From Polyangiales bacterium (lineage in GTDB: Bacteria; Myxococcota_A; Polyangia; Polyangiales; JADJQN01): DNA of 64,000 nucleotides. The stretch spans positions 256,001-320,000 of the forward strand of contig CAXNJO010000004.1 in NCBI GenBank assembly GCA_964202905.1. Direction: 5' to 3'. The position numbers and the translations under genes are program-made. The notes beneath the pieces were generated by a model. That model was not told the origin of the DNA. It was given only the letters and a program-made list of their open reading frames with translations, and did not search any database. This document shows, piece after piece, positions 29,802-42,985 of the stretch (the first letter of the stretch is position 1; every line of letters begins with the position of its first letter).

Positions 29802-30620
29802 TTGCGCGTCGCCGTGTACGTCCTCGGCCTCGCCGCTGCGGCCTCCGCGTCGTCCGGTGGCCCGTCGCGACTGAACGACTCGCCACCCCGGAACGCTGCG
29901 GGCGGCGCGCTCGCACATCTCCTCGGCCCCGCCCGTGTCCACGCGCAGGCGGCCGATCCCGCCGGCCGCAGCGACCGCGCGCGACGTCTGCGCCTGCTCG
30001 GGGAGTCCTGGGCGCGCAGCGGCGATCCCGGCAGTGCCATCGGCTATCTGCGTGAGGCCCTCGCCATCGACCCGGGCGACGCGCGTGCGTTCGAGAGCCT
30101 CGCGCGTCTCTACCTCGCACGCGGCGCGCTGCGCGACGCCGCGGACACCGTGCGCGCCGGGCTCGAGCGGCGCCCCGACGACGCTGCGCTCTGGGCAGTG
30201 CAGGCCGAGGTGCTCGACGCGTTCGGGGACGCCGACGGCGTCACGGTCGCGCTGCGGGAGCGCCTCGCGCGCGCCCCCGACGACCCTGACGCCCTCGCCG
30301 CGCACGCCGCGCAGGCCGGCCGACGCGGCGCGTGGGCGGAGGCGCTCGCGAGCCATCGCCGCCTCCTCGATCTCGCCGCGCGGGGCGTCGATGTCGGCAG
30401 CGGACGTGCCGAAGCCTCGCGTGCGCTCGCAGCCGCGCTCGTCGTGCTCGCCGGGGGGACGGATCCCGTGCGCGGAGGTGCCCCGCGCTGCCCCGCCGAC
30501 TCCCCGGTGCGAAGCGCCCTCGCCGAGTGCCCGCCCCCGCCCGAGCGCCCGCCAGCCGCGACCCCGACCGCGCCGCCCACCGCGCCGCCCGCGCCCGTCC
30601 GCTCCCCGCGACGCCGCTGA
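29802..30620 (+). CDS. Tetratricopeptide repeat protein
   Basis: Helical repeats AIGYLREALAIDPGDARAFESLARLY, GLERRPDDAALW, LARAPDDPDAL; start uncertain. Confidence 0.65.
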   Translation: MRVAVYVLGLAAAASASSGGPSRLNDSPPRNAAGGALAHLLGPARVHAQAADPAGRSDRARRLRLLGESWARSGDPGSAIGYLREALAIDPGDARAFESLARLYLARGALRDAADTVRAGLERRPDDAALWAVQAEVLDAFGDADGVTVALRERLARAPDDPDALAAHAAQAGRRGAWAEALASHRRLLDLAARGVDVGSGRAEASRALAAALVVLAGGTDPVRGGAPRCPADSPVRSALAECPPPPERPPAATPTAPPTAPPAPVRSPRRR

Positions 30621-30712
30621 GCGCGTCCCGCCGCACCTGCTGCGTCGCCGTGGATCCCCGCTACACTGCGCGCCGCTACGGCGCCCGCGCGCCCATTTCC
30701 CCGAGGCGCCCC

Positions 30713-33700
30713 GTGCGATTCGCTCCGTTCATCGCCTTCTTCCTGTCCGGCGCGAGCAGCCTGATCTTCCAGTCGATCTGGACCCGCTACCTGCACCACG
30801 TCTTCGGCTCGACCACCATCGCGATGAGCACCGTGCTCAGCGTGTTCATGGCCGGGCTCGGGCTCGGCGCGTGGTTGTTCGGCAAGGTCTCGGCGCGGAT
30901 CAAGCATCCGCTGATGACCTACGCGGCGGCTGAACTTCTCGTCGCCCTCTGCGCTGTCGCGATCCCGTGGCTCGTCGCGCCCGACGGCTGGCTCGGCCAA
31001 TTGAATGGCGCCATGCGCAACGCGTTCGGCGACGGCTCGGCGGCGTTCGCGATCGGGCGCTTCGTGGCCGTCGTCCCGTTGCTGATCGTGCCAACGACCT
31101 TGATGGGCTCGACGCTTCCGCTGCTGTCGCAGCACTTCGTCGAGGCAGAGCAGCGCGCCGGCGCGACCAGCTCGCGGGTCGGCGTGCTCTACGCGGTCAA
31201 CACGTTCGGCGCGGTCGCCGGGACGTTCCTCTCGGGCTTCGTGTTGCTGCCCGGGATCGGGCTCTCCGCGACGAACCTCACCGCCGCGGGCCTCAACTTC
31301 GCCCTCGCCGCGGGGATCTTCGCCCTGCACAAGCCGCTCCTCGGGAGCGCGCTCGCGCCGGGGGAGCACATCAGCATCTTCCCGGGACGCACAGCCGTCG
31401 TGCGCCCTGCGGCCCCCGCCGCGAAGTCCCCCTCTACCGTCGAGGCCGCGCGCATCGACGAGCCCATTTCCCCGATCGCCCGCAAGCTCGCGCTCGTCGC
31501 GTTCGGCGTCTCGGGCGCCGCCGCCCTCTGCTACGAGGTCGTCTGGACACGCGCGCTCGCGCAGACGATCGGCTCCTCGATCTACACGTTCACGATCGTC
31601 CTGATGACGTTCCTCATCGGCATCGCGGGCGGCAGCGCGATGATCTCCGGGCTGCTCGGGACGTCGCGGCGCCCGCTGCTCTCGGTCGGCCTCGTCTCGG
31701 GCGCGCTCTGCCTGCTCGCGAACGCGCCCCTGGGCGTCGGCGCGTCGTTCGACGCGTACGTCGTGGCCGTCGCCGCCACGTGGGCGGTGCTCACCCTCAT
31801 CGCGGCCCTCGCCCGCGCACGCGCCCAAAAGAGCCGCGCTCTCGGCGGCGCCCCGAGCGACGGTGAGACCACCGTGTGGGGTCTCGCGCTCATCGCGGTG
31901 CCGCTGCTGAGCGCGCTCGCGCACCTCCACTACGCGGGGCATCTCTCGGGGATCGTCGCGAGCGTCACCGGCGTCTTCTGCGCCTACCTCGCCGTGTCGC
32001 TCGCGCTCCGCCGCACCTTCGTGCTGCTCGTCGCGCTGATCCAGCTGCTCATCGCGGCGGCGACCTTCGTGAACTACCTCTGGGCCGACGAGATCCCCCT
32101 CACCTTCGCGAGTCTCGTCGCCCCGCTCGGCGAGCACCTCGCCGACAACGTCGGCCTCGTCCGCTTCTTCATGTTCCTGACCGCCGGGCTCTGCACGCTC
32201 CCCGCGACGTTCGGGATGGGCGCGATGTTCCCGCTCACGCTGCGCATCTGGTCGAGCGGCGGGCGCAGCGTCGGCGCAGACGTCGCGGTCGTCTACACGT
32301 CCAACACGATCGGCTCGATCCTCGGCGCGTGGCTCCCCGGCTTCGTGCTCTTCGCCCTCATCGGGGCCGAGAGCACGCTCCACCTCGGCGTCGCGCTGAA
32401 CCTCGTGCTCGCGCTGATGATGCTGCTCGCGACCGCCGCGGACGTCCCCGAGACCTCCGCGAAGGCCGCGGCTGCAGGCGACGCGGGCGCTGACGACGCA
32501 GCCCCCGCCACCGCGACGGGCACAGGCGCGAAGAAGGGCCGCGACCTCCCCGCCTGGCAGGCGGGCGTCGTGTACGTCCTCGCCCCGCTCATCCCCGCGC
32601 TGCTCGCCCTCGGCTGGCTCGTCACCGCGAACCCGTCGTCGCGCTGGTCGATCCGCTGGGACCAGTCGAAGATGACGCTCGGCGTCTTCCGCGTCTCGCT
32701 CGCGGCCGACGTGCTCGACCCGGAGCGCTGGGGTCAGCCGGACATCGTCTACTTCCGTGACGGCCTCTCGACGACCGTCACCGTCGAGCGCTGGGGCCGC
32801 CACCTCGCGATGAAGAACAACGGCAAGGTCGACGCCAGCAACGGCGACGACATGCCGACGCAGATCATGGTCGGCGCGTACCCGCTGCTGATGCACGCGA
32901 AGGGCCCACGCGACCTCGACGTCGCCGTCATCGGCTTCGGATCCGGCGTCACCGTGGGTTCGGCGCTTCGCTTCCCGGTGAAGAGCGTCGACGTCGTCGA
33001 GCTCGAGCGCTCGATCCCTGAGGCCTCGAAGTGGTTCGCCGACGTCAACCACCTCGAATATCCGCTCTCGGAGTTTCCGTACGTACAGATGGACCGCCTG
33101 CGCGTCGTCAACGACGACGGTCGCAACTACCTCGCGAGCACCGCGCGGAGGTACGACGTGATCATGTCCGAGCCCTCGAACCCCTGGATCACGGGCGTCT
33201 CGGACCTCTTCACCACCGACCACTTCCGCATCGCGAAGCGCGCGCTCAAGCCCGACGGCATCTACTGCCAATGGGTGCAGCTCTACGAGCTCAGCCCCGA
33301 GAACATCAAGACCATCTACCGGACCTTCGCCTCGCAGTTCCGCTACGTCGTGGTGTTCGCCGCGGAGAACCTCTCGAGCGACACGGTCGTGCTCGGCTCG
33401 GACTCGCCGCTGCCGCTCGACCTCACGCGGGTGCGCCGCGCGTACGACCTGCCCGGCGCGGCCGCCATGCTCGAGGAGGCGCGCATCTCGTCGCCCTACG
33501 ACATCTTCTCGCGCGTCATCCTCGCCTCGCGCGACGAGGTGATGCGCTACACGCGCATCCGGCAGCAGCGCGAGGGCGCGGCGTGGGTCTCGGACGTGAT
33601 GACCTCGAACGGCCCCGACGAGGTGTGTGCCGAGCCCGATTGCCGCCTCGTCCCTGCCGTTCTCAACACCGACGACAACGCCCGCATCGAGTTCGCGGCG

Positions 33701-34492
33701 CCGGACGATCTCATCGGCTTCCAGCGCTACGAGGGCTACCTCGGCAACATCTACTCGGAGCAATGGCCGTACGGTCACCTCGTCGATGCCGTGCGCGGCT
33801 TCGGTCGCGGCGACCAGGCCGCGCGGCACTACGCAGAGCAAGCGATGTCGCTCGTGATGAGCGGCCGCAAGGCCGAGGCCGCCCTCTTCATCGACCGCTC
33901 GCAGCGCGCGGGCCGCGTCCGGGAGACCGCGGTCGCACTCGAGACGCTCGCGCTGCTCATGAGCGACGAGCGCGAGCCGCGCGTGCAGATCGAGCCGCCG
34001 GTCCCCGGACCTCAGATGGACCGACGCACCGCCGAGCGCCTCACGACGGGCTTCGACGCGGTGAAATCGTCGGTCGATCGCAGCGCCTGGGCCGCCGCGC
34101 TCGCGGCGATGGAGGAGATCCCCGCGCCGCTGCGCCTGCACAGCGGACCGGGCATGCGCTTCCTCTACGGATACCTGCTCTACAAGGGCGCCGCGGGCGT
34201 CGCAGCGCAGCACCGCGCCGCCATCGACGTGCTCGAAGAGCTCGTCCGCGAGGACGAGGACTACGTCGCCGCGCACCCAGAGATCTACTACTTCCTCGCG
34301 CGCGCCCACGACGGCGAGCTCAACTACGCGCAAGGCCTCCGCAACATGCGGCTCTTCGTCGAGGCGCGCGTGGTTCCGTCGGTCGCGCCCGCGGCGGCGC
34401 CCACCACGCCCGCGTCCCCCGAAGCCACACCGTCCGCGCCTGCGGTACCCGCGCCCGCGACGCCGTCGCCGGCAGCCCAGCGCTCCCGCTGA
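30713..34492 (+). CDS. Fused multi-TM membrane domain / spermidine-synthase-like protein with C-terminal helical domain
   Basis: FFLSGASSL..W.R, LYAVNTFGAV, VYTSNTIGSI TM repeats; NGKVDAS, VIGFGSGVT, VELE, DGRNYL, YDVIMSEPSNPW. Confidence 0.88.
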   Translation: MRFAPFIAFFLSGASSLIFQSIWTRYLHHVFGSTTIAMSTVLSVFMAGLGLGAWLFGKVSARIKHPLMTYAAAELLVALCAVAIPWLVAPDGWLGQLNGAMRNAFGDGSAAFAIGRFVAVVPLLIVPTTLMGSTLPLLSQHFVEAEQRAGATSSRVGVLYAVNTFGAVAGTFLSGFVLLPGIGLSATNLTAAGLNFALAAGIFALHKPLLGSALAPGEHISIFPGRTAVVRPAAPAAKSPSTVEAARIDEPISPIARKLALVAFGVSGAAALCYEVVWTRALAQTIGSSIYTFTIVLMTFLIGIAGGSAMISGLLGTSRRPLLSVGLVSGALCLLANAPLGVGASFDAYVVAVAATWAVLTLIAALARARAQKSRALGGAPSDGETTVWGLALIAVPLLSALAHLHYAGHLSGIVASVTGVFCAYLAVSLALRRTFVLLVALIQLLIAAATFVNYLWADEIPLTFASLVAPLGEHLADNVGLVRFFMFLTAGLCTLPATFGMGAMFPLTLRIWSSGGRSVGADVAVVYTSNTIGSILGAWLPGFVLFALIGAESTLHLGVALNLVLALMMLLATAADVPETSAKAAAAGDAGADDAAPATATGTGAKKGRDLPAWQAGVVYVLAPLIPALLALGWLVTANPSSRWSIRWDQSKMTLGVFRVSLAADVLDPERWGQPDIVYFRDGLSTTVTVERWGRHLAMKNNGKVDASNGDDMPTQIMVGAYPLLMHAKGPRDLDVAVIGFGSGVTVGSALRFPVKSVDVVELERSIPEASKWFADVNHLEYPLSEFPYVQMDRLRVVNDDGRNYLASTARRYDVIMSEPSNPWITGVSDLFTTDHFRIAKRALKPDGIYCQWVQLYELSPENIKTIYRTFASQFRYVVVFAAENLSSDTVVLGSDSPLPLDLTRVRRAYDLPGAAAMLEEARISSPYDIFSRVILASRDEVMRYTRIRQQREGAAWVSDVMTSNGPDEVCAEPDCRLVPAVLNTDDNARIEFAAPDDLIGFQRYEGYLGNIYSEQWPYGHLVDAVRGFGRGDQAARHYAEQAMSLVMSGRKAEAALFIDRSQRAGRVRETAVALETLALLMSDEREPRVQIEPPVPGPQMDRRTAERLTTGFDAVKSSVDRSAWAAALAAMEEIPAPLRLHSGPGMRFLYGYLLYKGAAGVAAQHRAAIDVLEELVREDEDYVAAHPEIYYFLARAHDGELNYAQGLRNMRLFVEARVVPSVAPAAAPTTPASPEATPSAPAVPAPATPSPAAQRSR

Positions 34493-34512
34493 GCGGCCTC
34501 CCTGCATAGCCG

Positions 34513-34558
34513 CCTACGCACCCCGCGCGGTTCTGGGTGCGTAGGAGGGTACGCACCC
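34513..34558. promoter_or_regulatory. Triple TACGCACCC inverted-repeat array, probable enhancer (UAS)
   Basis: CCTACGCACCC(34513-23)...GGGTGCGTAGG(34535-45) and GGGTGCGTA-ggaggg-TACGCACCC (34535-58), about 110-150 bp upstream of the predicted +1 of a sigma54 site. Confidence 0.55.
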
Positions 34559-34640
34559 ACGCCGCGGCGCCCGTCAGATTTCTGAAAAAACTGTTTTATT
34601 TCAGGCTCTTGCAAGCACGTTGCCTGGTGGCTGCGGCGAC

Positions 34641-34656
34641 TGGCACGCGAGGTGCT
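34641..34656 (+). promoter_or_regulatory. Sigma54 (-24/-12) promoter
   Basis: TGGCACG-CGAG-GTGCT with correct GG-N10-GC spacing; predicted +1 near 34667. Confidence 0.65.
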
Positions 34657-34669
34657 CCTGCGGAACATC

Positions 34670-34855
34670 ATGACGACCCCGAGCTCCGCTCAGCAGCGCG
34701 CCCTCAAGATCCTCGCGAAGTCGGTGTACCGGGAGCTCAAGTCGAGCGGCTACGCCCGCACGGACATGGTCGCGTTCACGACCGAGCTGCTCGATCTCGT
34801 CACCAGCGAGATGAAGCAGGACTCGGCGGGCGCATCGACCGCCGTCAACCCCTGA
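34670..34855 (+). CDS. Small (61 aa) helical hypothetical protein
   Basis: MTTPSSAQQRALKILAKSVYRELKSSGYARTDMVAFTTELLDLVTSEMKQ; strong GC3 codon bias. Confidence 0.75.
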   Translation: MTTPSSAQQRALKILAKSVYRELKSSGYARTDMVAFTTELLDLVTSEMKQDSAGASTAVNP

Positions 34856-34977
34856 CCCCGTCTCCGGGACCGCAGTCCGCGCGGCCCCATGACGGGCCAC
34901 GTCGCGCGGAGCCGTGCGGGCCCGTCTTGCTTGCGCCGCACAGGCCGGATCCCCCGACGAAACAAGGGTTTCCATGC

Positions 34978-35006
34978 TTGACCGCTCCGGGCGGCGTCGG
35001 TAGAGT
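34978..35006 (+). promoter_or_regulatory. Sigma70 promoter of the gap operon
   Basis: TTGACC-N17-TAGAGT upstream of gap. Confidence 0.6.
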
Positions 35007-35072
35007 GCGCCGCCCTCGCGCCCGGGTCGGCGCTCGTGCGGGCACCTCTCACACGACCCTTTCGGAGCCGGG

Positions 35073-36086
35073 ATGACCACGAAGATCGCGATCAACGGGT
35101 TCGGCCGCATCGGCCGCTGCGTCGCCCGTATCCTCTTCTCGCAGACGAACCACGACCTCGAGCTCGTCGCCATCAACGACCTGACGAGCCCGGACGTCCT
35201 CGCACATCTGCTCCAGTTCGACTCGGTGCACCGGACGTTCGGGCACGAGGTGGCCTCCGACGAGCACGGCCTGCGCATCGGCGGCCGCAGCGTCCCGGTC
35301 TTCGCCAAGAAGGACCCGGCGGAGCTCCCGTGGAAGGCGCTCGGCGTCGACATCGTCCTCGAGTGCACGGGCCTCTTCCGCGACCGCGCGGGCGCAGGCA
35401 AACACCTCGCGGCCGGCGCGAAGCGCGTGATCATCAGCGCGCCCGGCGAGAAGGACATCGACGGCACGTTCTGCGTCGGGATCAACACCGACACCTACGA
35501 TCCGACGAAGCACTTCATCGTCTCGAACGCGTCGTGCACGACGAACTGCCTCGCGCCCGTCGCCAAGGTCATCCACGAGCGTTTCGGCCTCCTGAAGGGC
35601 CACATGGTCACGGTGCACTCGTACACGAACGACCAGCGCATCCTCGATCTGCCTCACAAGGACCTGCGCCGCGCGCGCGCCGCAGCGCTCTCGATGATCC
35701 CCTCGACGACCGGCGCCGCGAAGGCCATTGGCCTCGTGCTTCCCGAGCTGAAGGGCAAGCTCGACGGCACCTCGATCCGCGTGCCGACGCCGGATGTCTC
35801 GCTCACCTGCCTTACCGCGCACGTCGCGAGGGCGACGACCCGCGACGAGGTGAACGCAGCGCTCGCCGAGTACGCCGCCGGACCGCTCGCGGGCATCCTC
35901 GGGTTCGAGACACGCGAGCTCGTCTCCTCGGACTTCATCGGCGACGGCCGCTCGTCGATCGTCGATGCGGCGCAAACGTCCGTCATCGGCGGCGATCTCG
36001 TCGAGGTGCAGGCTTGGTACGACAACGAGTGGGGCTTCTCCCGCCGGATGGTCGACCTCTCCTCCCTTCTTGCATCGAAGGGCTGA
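35073..36086 (+). CDS. gap: Type I glyceraldehyde-3-phosphate dehydrogenase
   Basis: INGFGRIGR, SNASCTTNCLAP, TGAAKA, RVPT, WYDNEWGFS. Confidence 0.98.
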   Translation: MTTKIAINGFGRIGRCVARILFSQTNHDLELVAINDLTSPDVLAHLLQFDSVHRTFGHEVASDEHGLRIGGRSVPVFAKKDPAELPWKALGVDIVLECTGLFRDRAGAGKHLAAGAKRVIISAPGEKDIDGTFCVGINTDTYDPTKHFIVSNASCTTNCLAPVAKVIHERFGLLKGHMVTVHSYTNDQRILDLPHKDLRRARAAALSMIPSTTGAAKAIGLVLPELKGKLDGTSIRVPTPDVSLTCLTAHVARATTRDEVNAALAEYAAGPLAGILGFETRELVSSDFIGDGRSSIVDAAQTSVIGGDLVEVQAWYDNEWGFSRRMVDLSSLLASKG

Positions 36087-36092
36087 CGCGTC

Positions 36093-37283
36093 ATGGCGCT
36101 CGCCGACGGGATCCGCTCCATCCGTGACCTCGAGCTCGCCGGTCGACGCGTGTTCATCCGCGTCGACTTCAATGTCCCGCTGAGCGGTCGGACGGTCACC
36201 GACGACACGCGGATCCGGGCCGCGCTCCCGACCATCCAGTACGCGCTCGATCAGGGCGCGCGCGTCGTGCTCGCGTCGCACCTCGGGCGTCCGAAGAGCG
36301 GCCGCGACGCAAAACTCTCGCTCGAACCCGCGGGCAGCGCGCTCGCGGGGCTCCTCGGCCTCGACGTCGTCCTCGCTGACGACTGCATCGGCGACGGCCC
36401 GCGCAAGGTCGTCCAGGACCTCCGCGACGGTCAGGTCGCGATGCTCGAGAACCTTCGCTTTCACGCCGAAGAGGAGGCCGACGACGAGGCCTTCGCGCGT
36501 GAACTCGCGAAGCTCTGCGACGTCTACGTGAACGACGCGTTCGGGGCCGCGCACCGCGCGCACGCCTCGGTCCACGCGCTGCCGCGCCTCGTCACCGAGC
36601 GCGGCGCGGGCCTGCTCATGGAGCGCGAGGTCGCGTCGCTCGGTCAGCTCCTCGGCGACGTCGAGAAGCCCTACGTGCTCGTGCTCGGCGGGGCGAAAGT
36701 CTCGGACAAGATGGGCGTCTTCGAGCAGATGCTCGGCAAGGTCTCCGCGATCCTCGTCGGCGGCGCGATGGCCAACACCTTCCTCGCGGCGCAGGGCCTT
36801 GGCGTCGGGCGCAGCAAGATCGAGGAAGACAAACTCCCGCTCGCGCGTTCCGTGGTGCTGAAGGCCCGTGAACGCGGGGTCGCGCTGCTGTTGCCGGAGG
36901 ACGTCGTCGTCGCGGGATCGCTCGACGCGGCGAGCGGCAGCGTCGTCGGCAGCGACGCGATCCCTGCGGACACGATGGCGCTCGACATCGGGCCGCGCAC
37001 CGTGGCGGCCTTCCGAGAGAAGCTCAAGCGCGCGCAAACGGTGCTCTGGAACGGGCCGATGGGCCTCTTCGAGAAGGCCCCCTTCGCGTCGGGGACGCGC
37101 GGGGTCGCGCAGGCCATCGTCGACTCCGGCGCGTTCAGCGTGGTCGGGGGCGGCGACAGCGTGGCGGCGGTCCAAGCGGCCGGCCTCGCCGACCGCTTCG
37201 GCCACGTGTCGACGGGGGGCGGCGCATCCCTCGAACTCCTCGAGGGGCGCAAGCTCCCGGGCGTGGAAGCACTGCGCGCATGA
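36093..37283 (+). CDS. pgk: Phosphoglycerate kinase
   Basis: [51 protein letters not shown]. Confidence 0.98.
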   Translation: MALADGIRSIRDLELAGRRVFIRVDFNVPLSGRTVTDDTRIRAALPTIQYALDQGARVVLASHLGRPKSGRDAKLSLEPAGSALAGLLGLDVVLADDCIGDGPRKVVQDLRDGQVAMLENLRFHAEEEADDEAFARELAKLCDVYVNDAFGAAHRAHASVHALPRLVTERGAGLLMEREVASLGQLLGDVEKPYVLVLGGAKVSDKMGVFEQMLGKVSAILVGGAMANTFLAAQGLGVGRSKIEEDKLPLARSVVLKARERGVALLLPEDVVVAGSLDAASGSVVGSDAIPADTMALDIGPRTVAAFREKLKRAQTVLWNGPMGLFEKAPFASGTRGVAQAIVDSGAFSVVGGGDSVAAVQAAGLADRFGHVSTGGGASLELLEGRKLPGVEALRA

Positions 37284-38089
37284 GCGCGGGCGCAGCGGCT
37301 GGACAGACCGAGCTCGGCGCCGTCGGCCACGGCGGGCGGCGTCCGCTCGTCATCGGCAATTGGAAGATGCACAAGACGGTCGCGGAGTCCGTCGCGTTCG
37401 CGCACGCGCTGCGCGAAGCCGGCGCCAGAGACCACGCGGCAGAGGTCGTCATCGCTCCCTCCTTCCTCGCGCTGCATGCCACGCACGGGGTCACGTACGA
37501 CGCCGGGATCGGGCTCGCCGCGCAGGACGTGCACTGGGAGACCCACGGTGCGTACACGGGTGAGGTGAGCGCGGCGCAGCTGCATCACGTGGGCTGCGCG
37601 TATTGCATCGTCGGGCACTCGGAGCGGCGACACCTCTTCGGCGAGCGTGACGAGGACGTCCGCAAGAAGGTCGCATCCCTGATCGCGCATGGGGTCCGCC
37701 CGATCGTCTGCGTCGGCGAGACGCTGCTCGAGCGCGACCGCGGGGAGACGATCTCCGTGGTCCTGCGCGAGGTGCGCGAGGCGTTTCTCGGACTCGACCC
37801 GGGCGTCCTCGAGCGCGGCGTGATCGCGTACGAGCCGCTCTGGGCAATCGGCACCGGACGCACCGCGACGCCGGCAGACGCGCAACACGTGCACGCGGCG
37901 GTCCGCGCGTTGCTCGTCGAACTCGCGGGCGCCGAGGGCGCGTCGCGCATCCGCATCCTCTACGGCGGCAGCGTCAAGCCCGACAACGCGGCCGCGCTGC
38001 TCGCCGAACCCGACGTCGACGGCGCGCTCGTCGGAGGCGCCGCGCTCGAAGTGAAGTCGTTCGTGGCGATCGTCGCCGCCGCGCGGTAG
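37280..38089 (+). CDS. tpiA: Triosephosphate isomerase
   Basis: [43 protein letters not shown]. Confidence 0.98.
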   Translation: MSAGAAAGQTELGAVGHGGRRPLVIGNWKMHKTVAESVAFAHALREAGARDHAAEVVIAPSFLALHATHGVTYDAGIGLAAQDVHWETHGAYTGEVSAAQLHHVGCAYCIVGHSERRHLFGERDEDVRKKVASLIAHGVRPIVCVGETLLERDRGETISVVLREVREAFLGLDPGVLERGVIAYEPLWAIGTGRTATPADAQHVHAAVRALLVELAGAEGASRIRILYGGSVKPDNAAALLAEPDVDGALVGGAALEVKSFVAIVAAAR

Positions 38090-38127
38090 ACTGCCCCCCC
38101 CAAGCCCCCGCCTTCAGCAGGTCCCTC

Positions 38128-38613
38128 ATGTTCGCCTTCGTCTCCGTCATCTACGTCATCGTCTGCGTGTTCCTCATCCTCGTCGTGCTGCTGCAGGCGG
38201 GCAAGGGAGGCGGCATGGGCGCAGCCTTCGGCGGCAGCGGCGGCAGCCAGACGGTCTTCGGCGGCGCGGGCGCGGGCAACTTCCTCACCCGGCTGACCTG
38301 GGTGAGCGCGGTGCTGTTCATGCTCCTCTCGGGCGTCCTCGCGTTCATGTCGTCATCGAGCGACAAGAGCCTCGAGGAGGCCGCCCGGGTCGCGCGCGAG
38401 CGCGAGGCCGCCCGCGACGTCAGCAACGCCCCGACGAAGGCGCCCGCGGCTGCCGGGATGTCGACGGAGAACGCGGACGCCGGCGCCGCTGCTCCGCCGG
38501 CCGCGCCCGCAGCACCGGCCGAGGCGCCGGCCGAGCCCGAGGCGCCGGCCGAGCCCGAGGCGCCCGAGGCCGATGCGCCGGCCGCAGCCGACGTGCCTGC
38601 CGCCGCGGAGTGA
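38128..38613 (+). CDS. secG: Preprotein translocase subunit SecG (Ala/Pro/Glu tail with 18-bp tandem repeat near 38521-38560)
   Basis: [33 protein letters not shown]; classic position after tpiA. Confidence 0.93.
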   Translation: MFAFVSVIYVIVCVFLILVVLLQAGKGGGMGAAFGGSGGSQTVFGGAGAGNFLTRLTWVSAVLFMLLSGVLAFMSSSSDKSLEEAARVAREREAARDVSNAPTKAPAAAGMSTENADAGAAAPPAAPAAPAEAPAEPEAPAEPEAPEADAPAAADVPAAAE

Positions 38614-38841
38614 GCGCCTTCGCCGCTCGCGGCGTCCGGCTCGCAGCCGCGTCGATGCGCTGACGCGTCGGAGCCTTCGTCGGCATAGCCGCCATGTCGC
38701 GGTTGCGTATCGTCGCGACGCCCCGCACTCGCCTCACGGGGTCGCGGCGCCGCAGCCTGCAACTGTTGGTGCGCGCGTGCGGCCCCTCGCGCGGTCGCCC
38801 GTCCGCCGCACACCCGACGTCGCGCGGTGCTGCCGCGACAC

Positions 38842-42835
<3,994 letters not shown>

Positions 42836-42985
42836 CGCGGGAAACTCGATCGGGGGAAACACGCGTCGACTGCCGCGCGCCGCCCCCTGCAGCGCACCGG
42901 TGGGACACGCATCCAACCGCAAGCGCCTCCCCTAGCACGCGCGTCGGAGCGAGGCCACGCGCGCGTCGACGCCGGGCCGCGCGCG

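Noticed and set aside
38614..38841. Expected tRNA-Leu downstream of secG
   Set aside because: No T-loop GTTC motif, cloverleaf or CCA end found.
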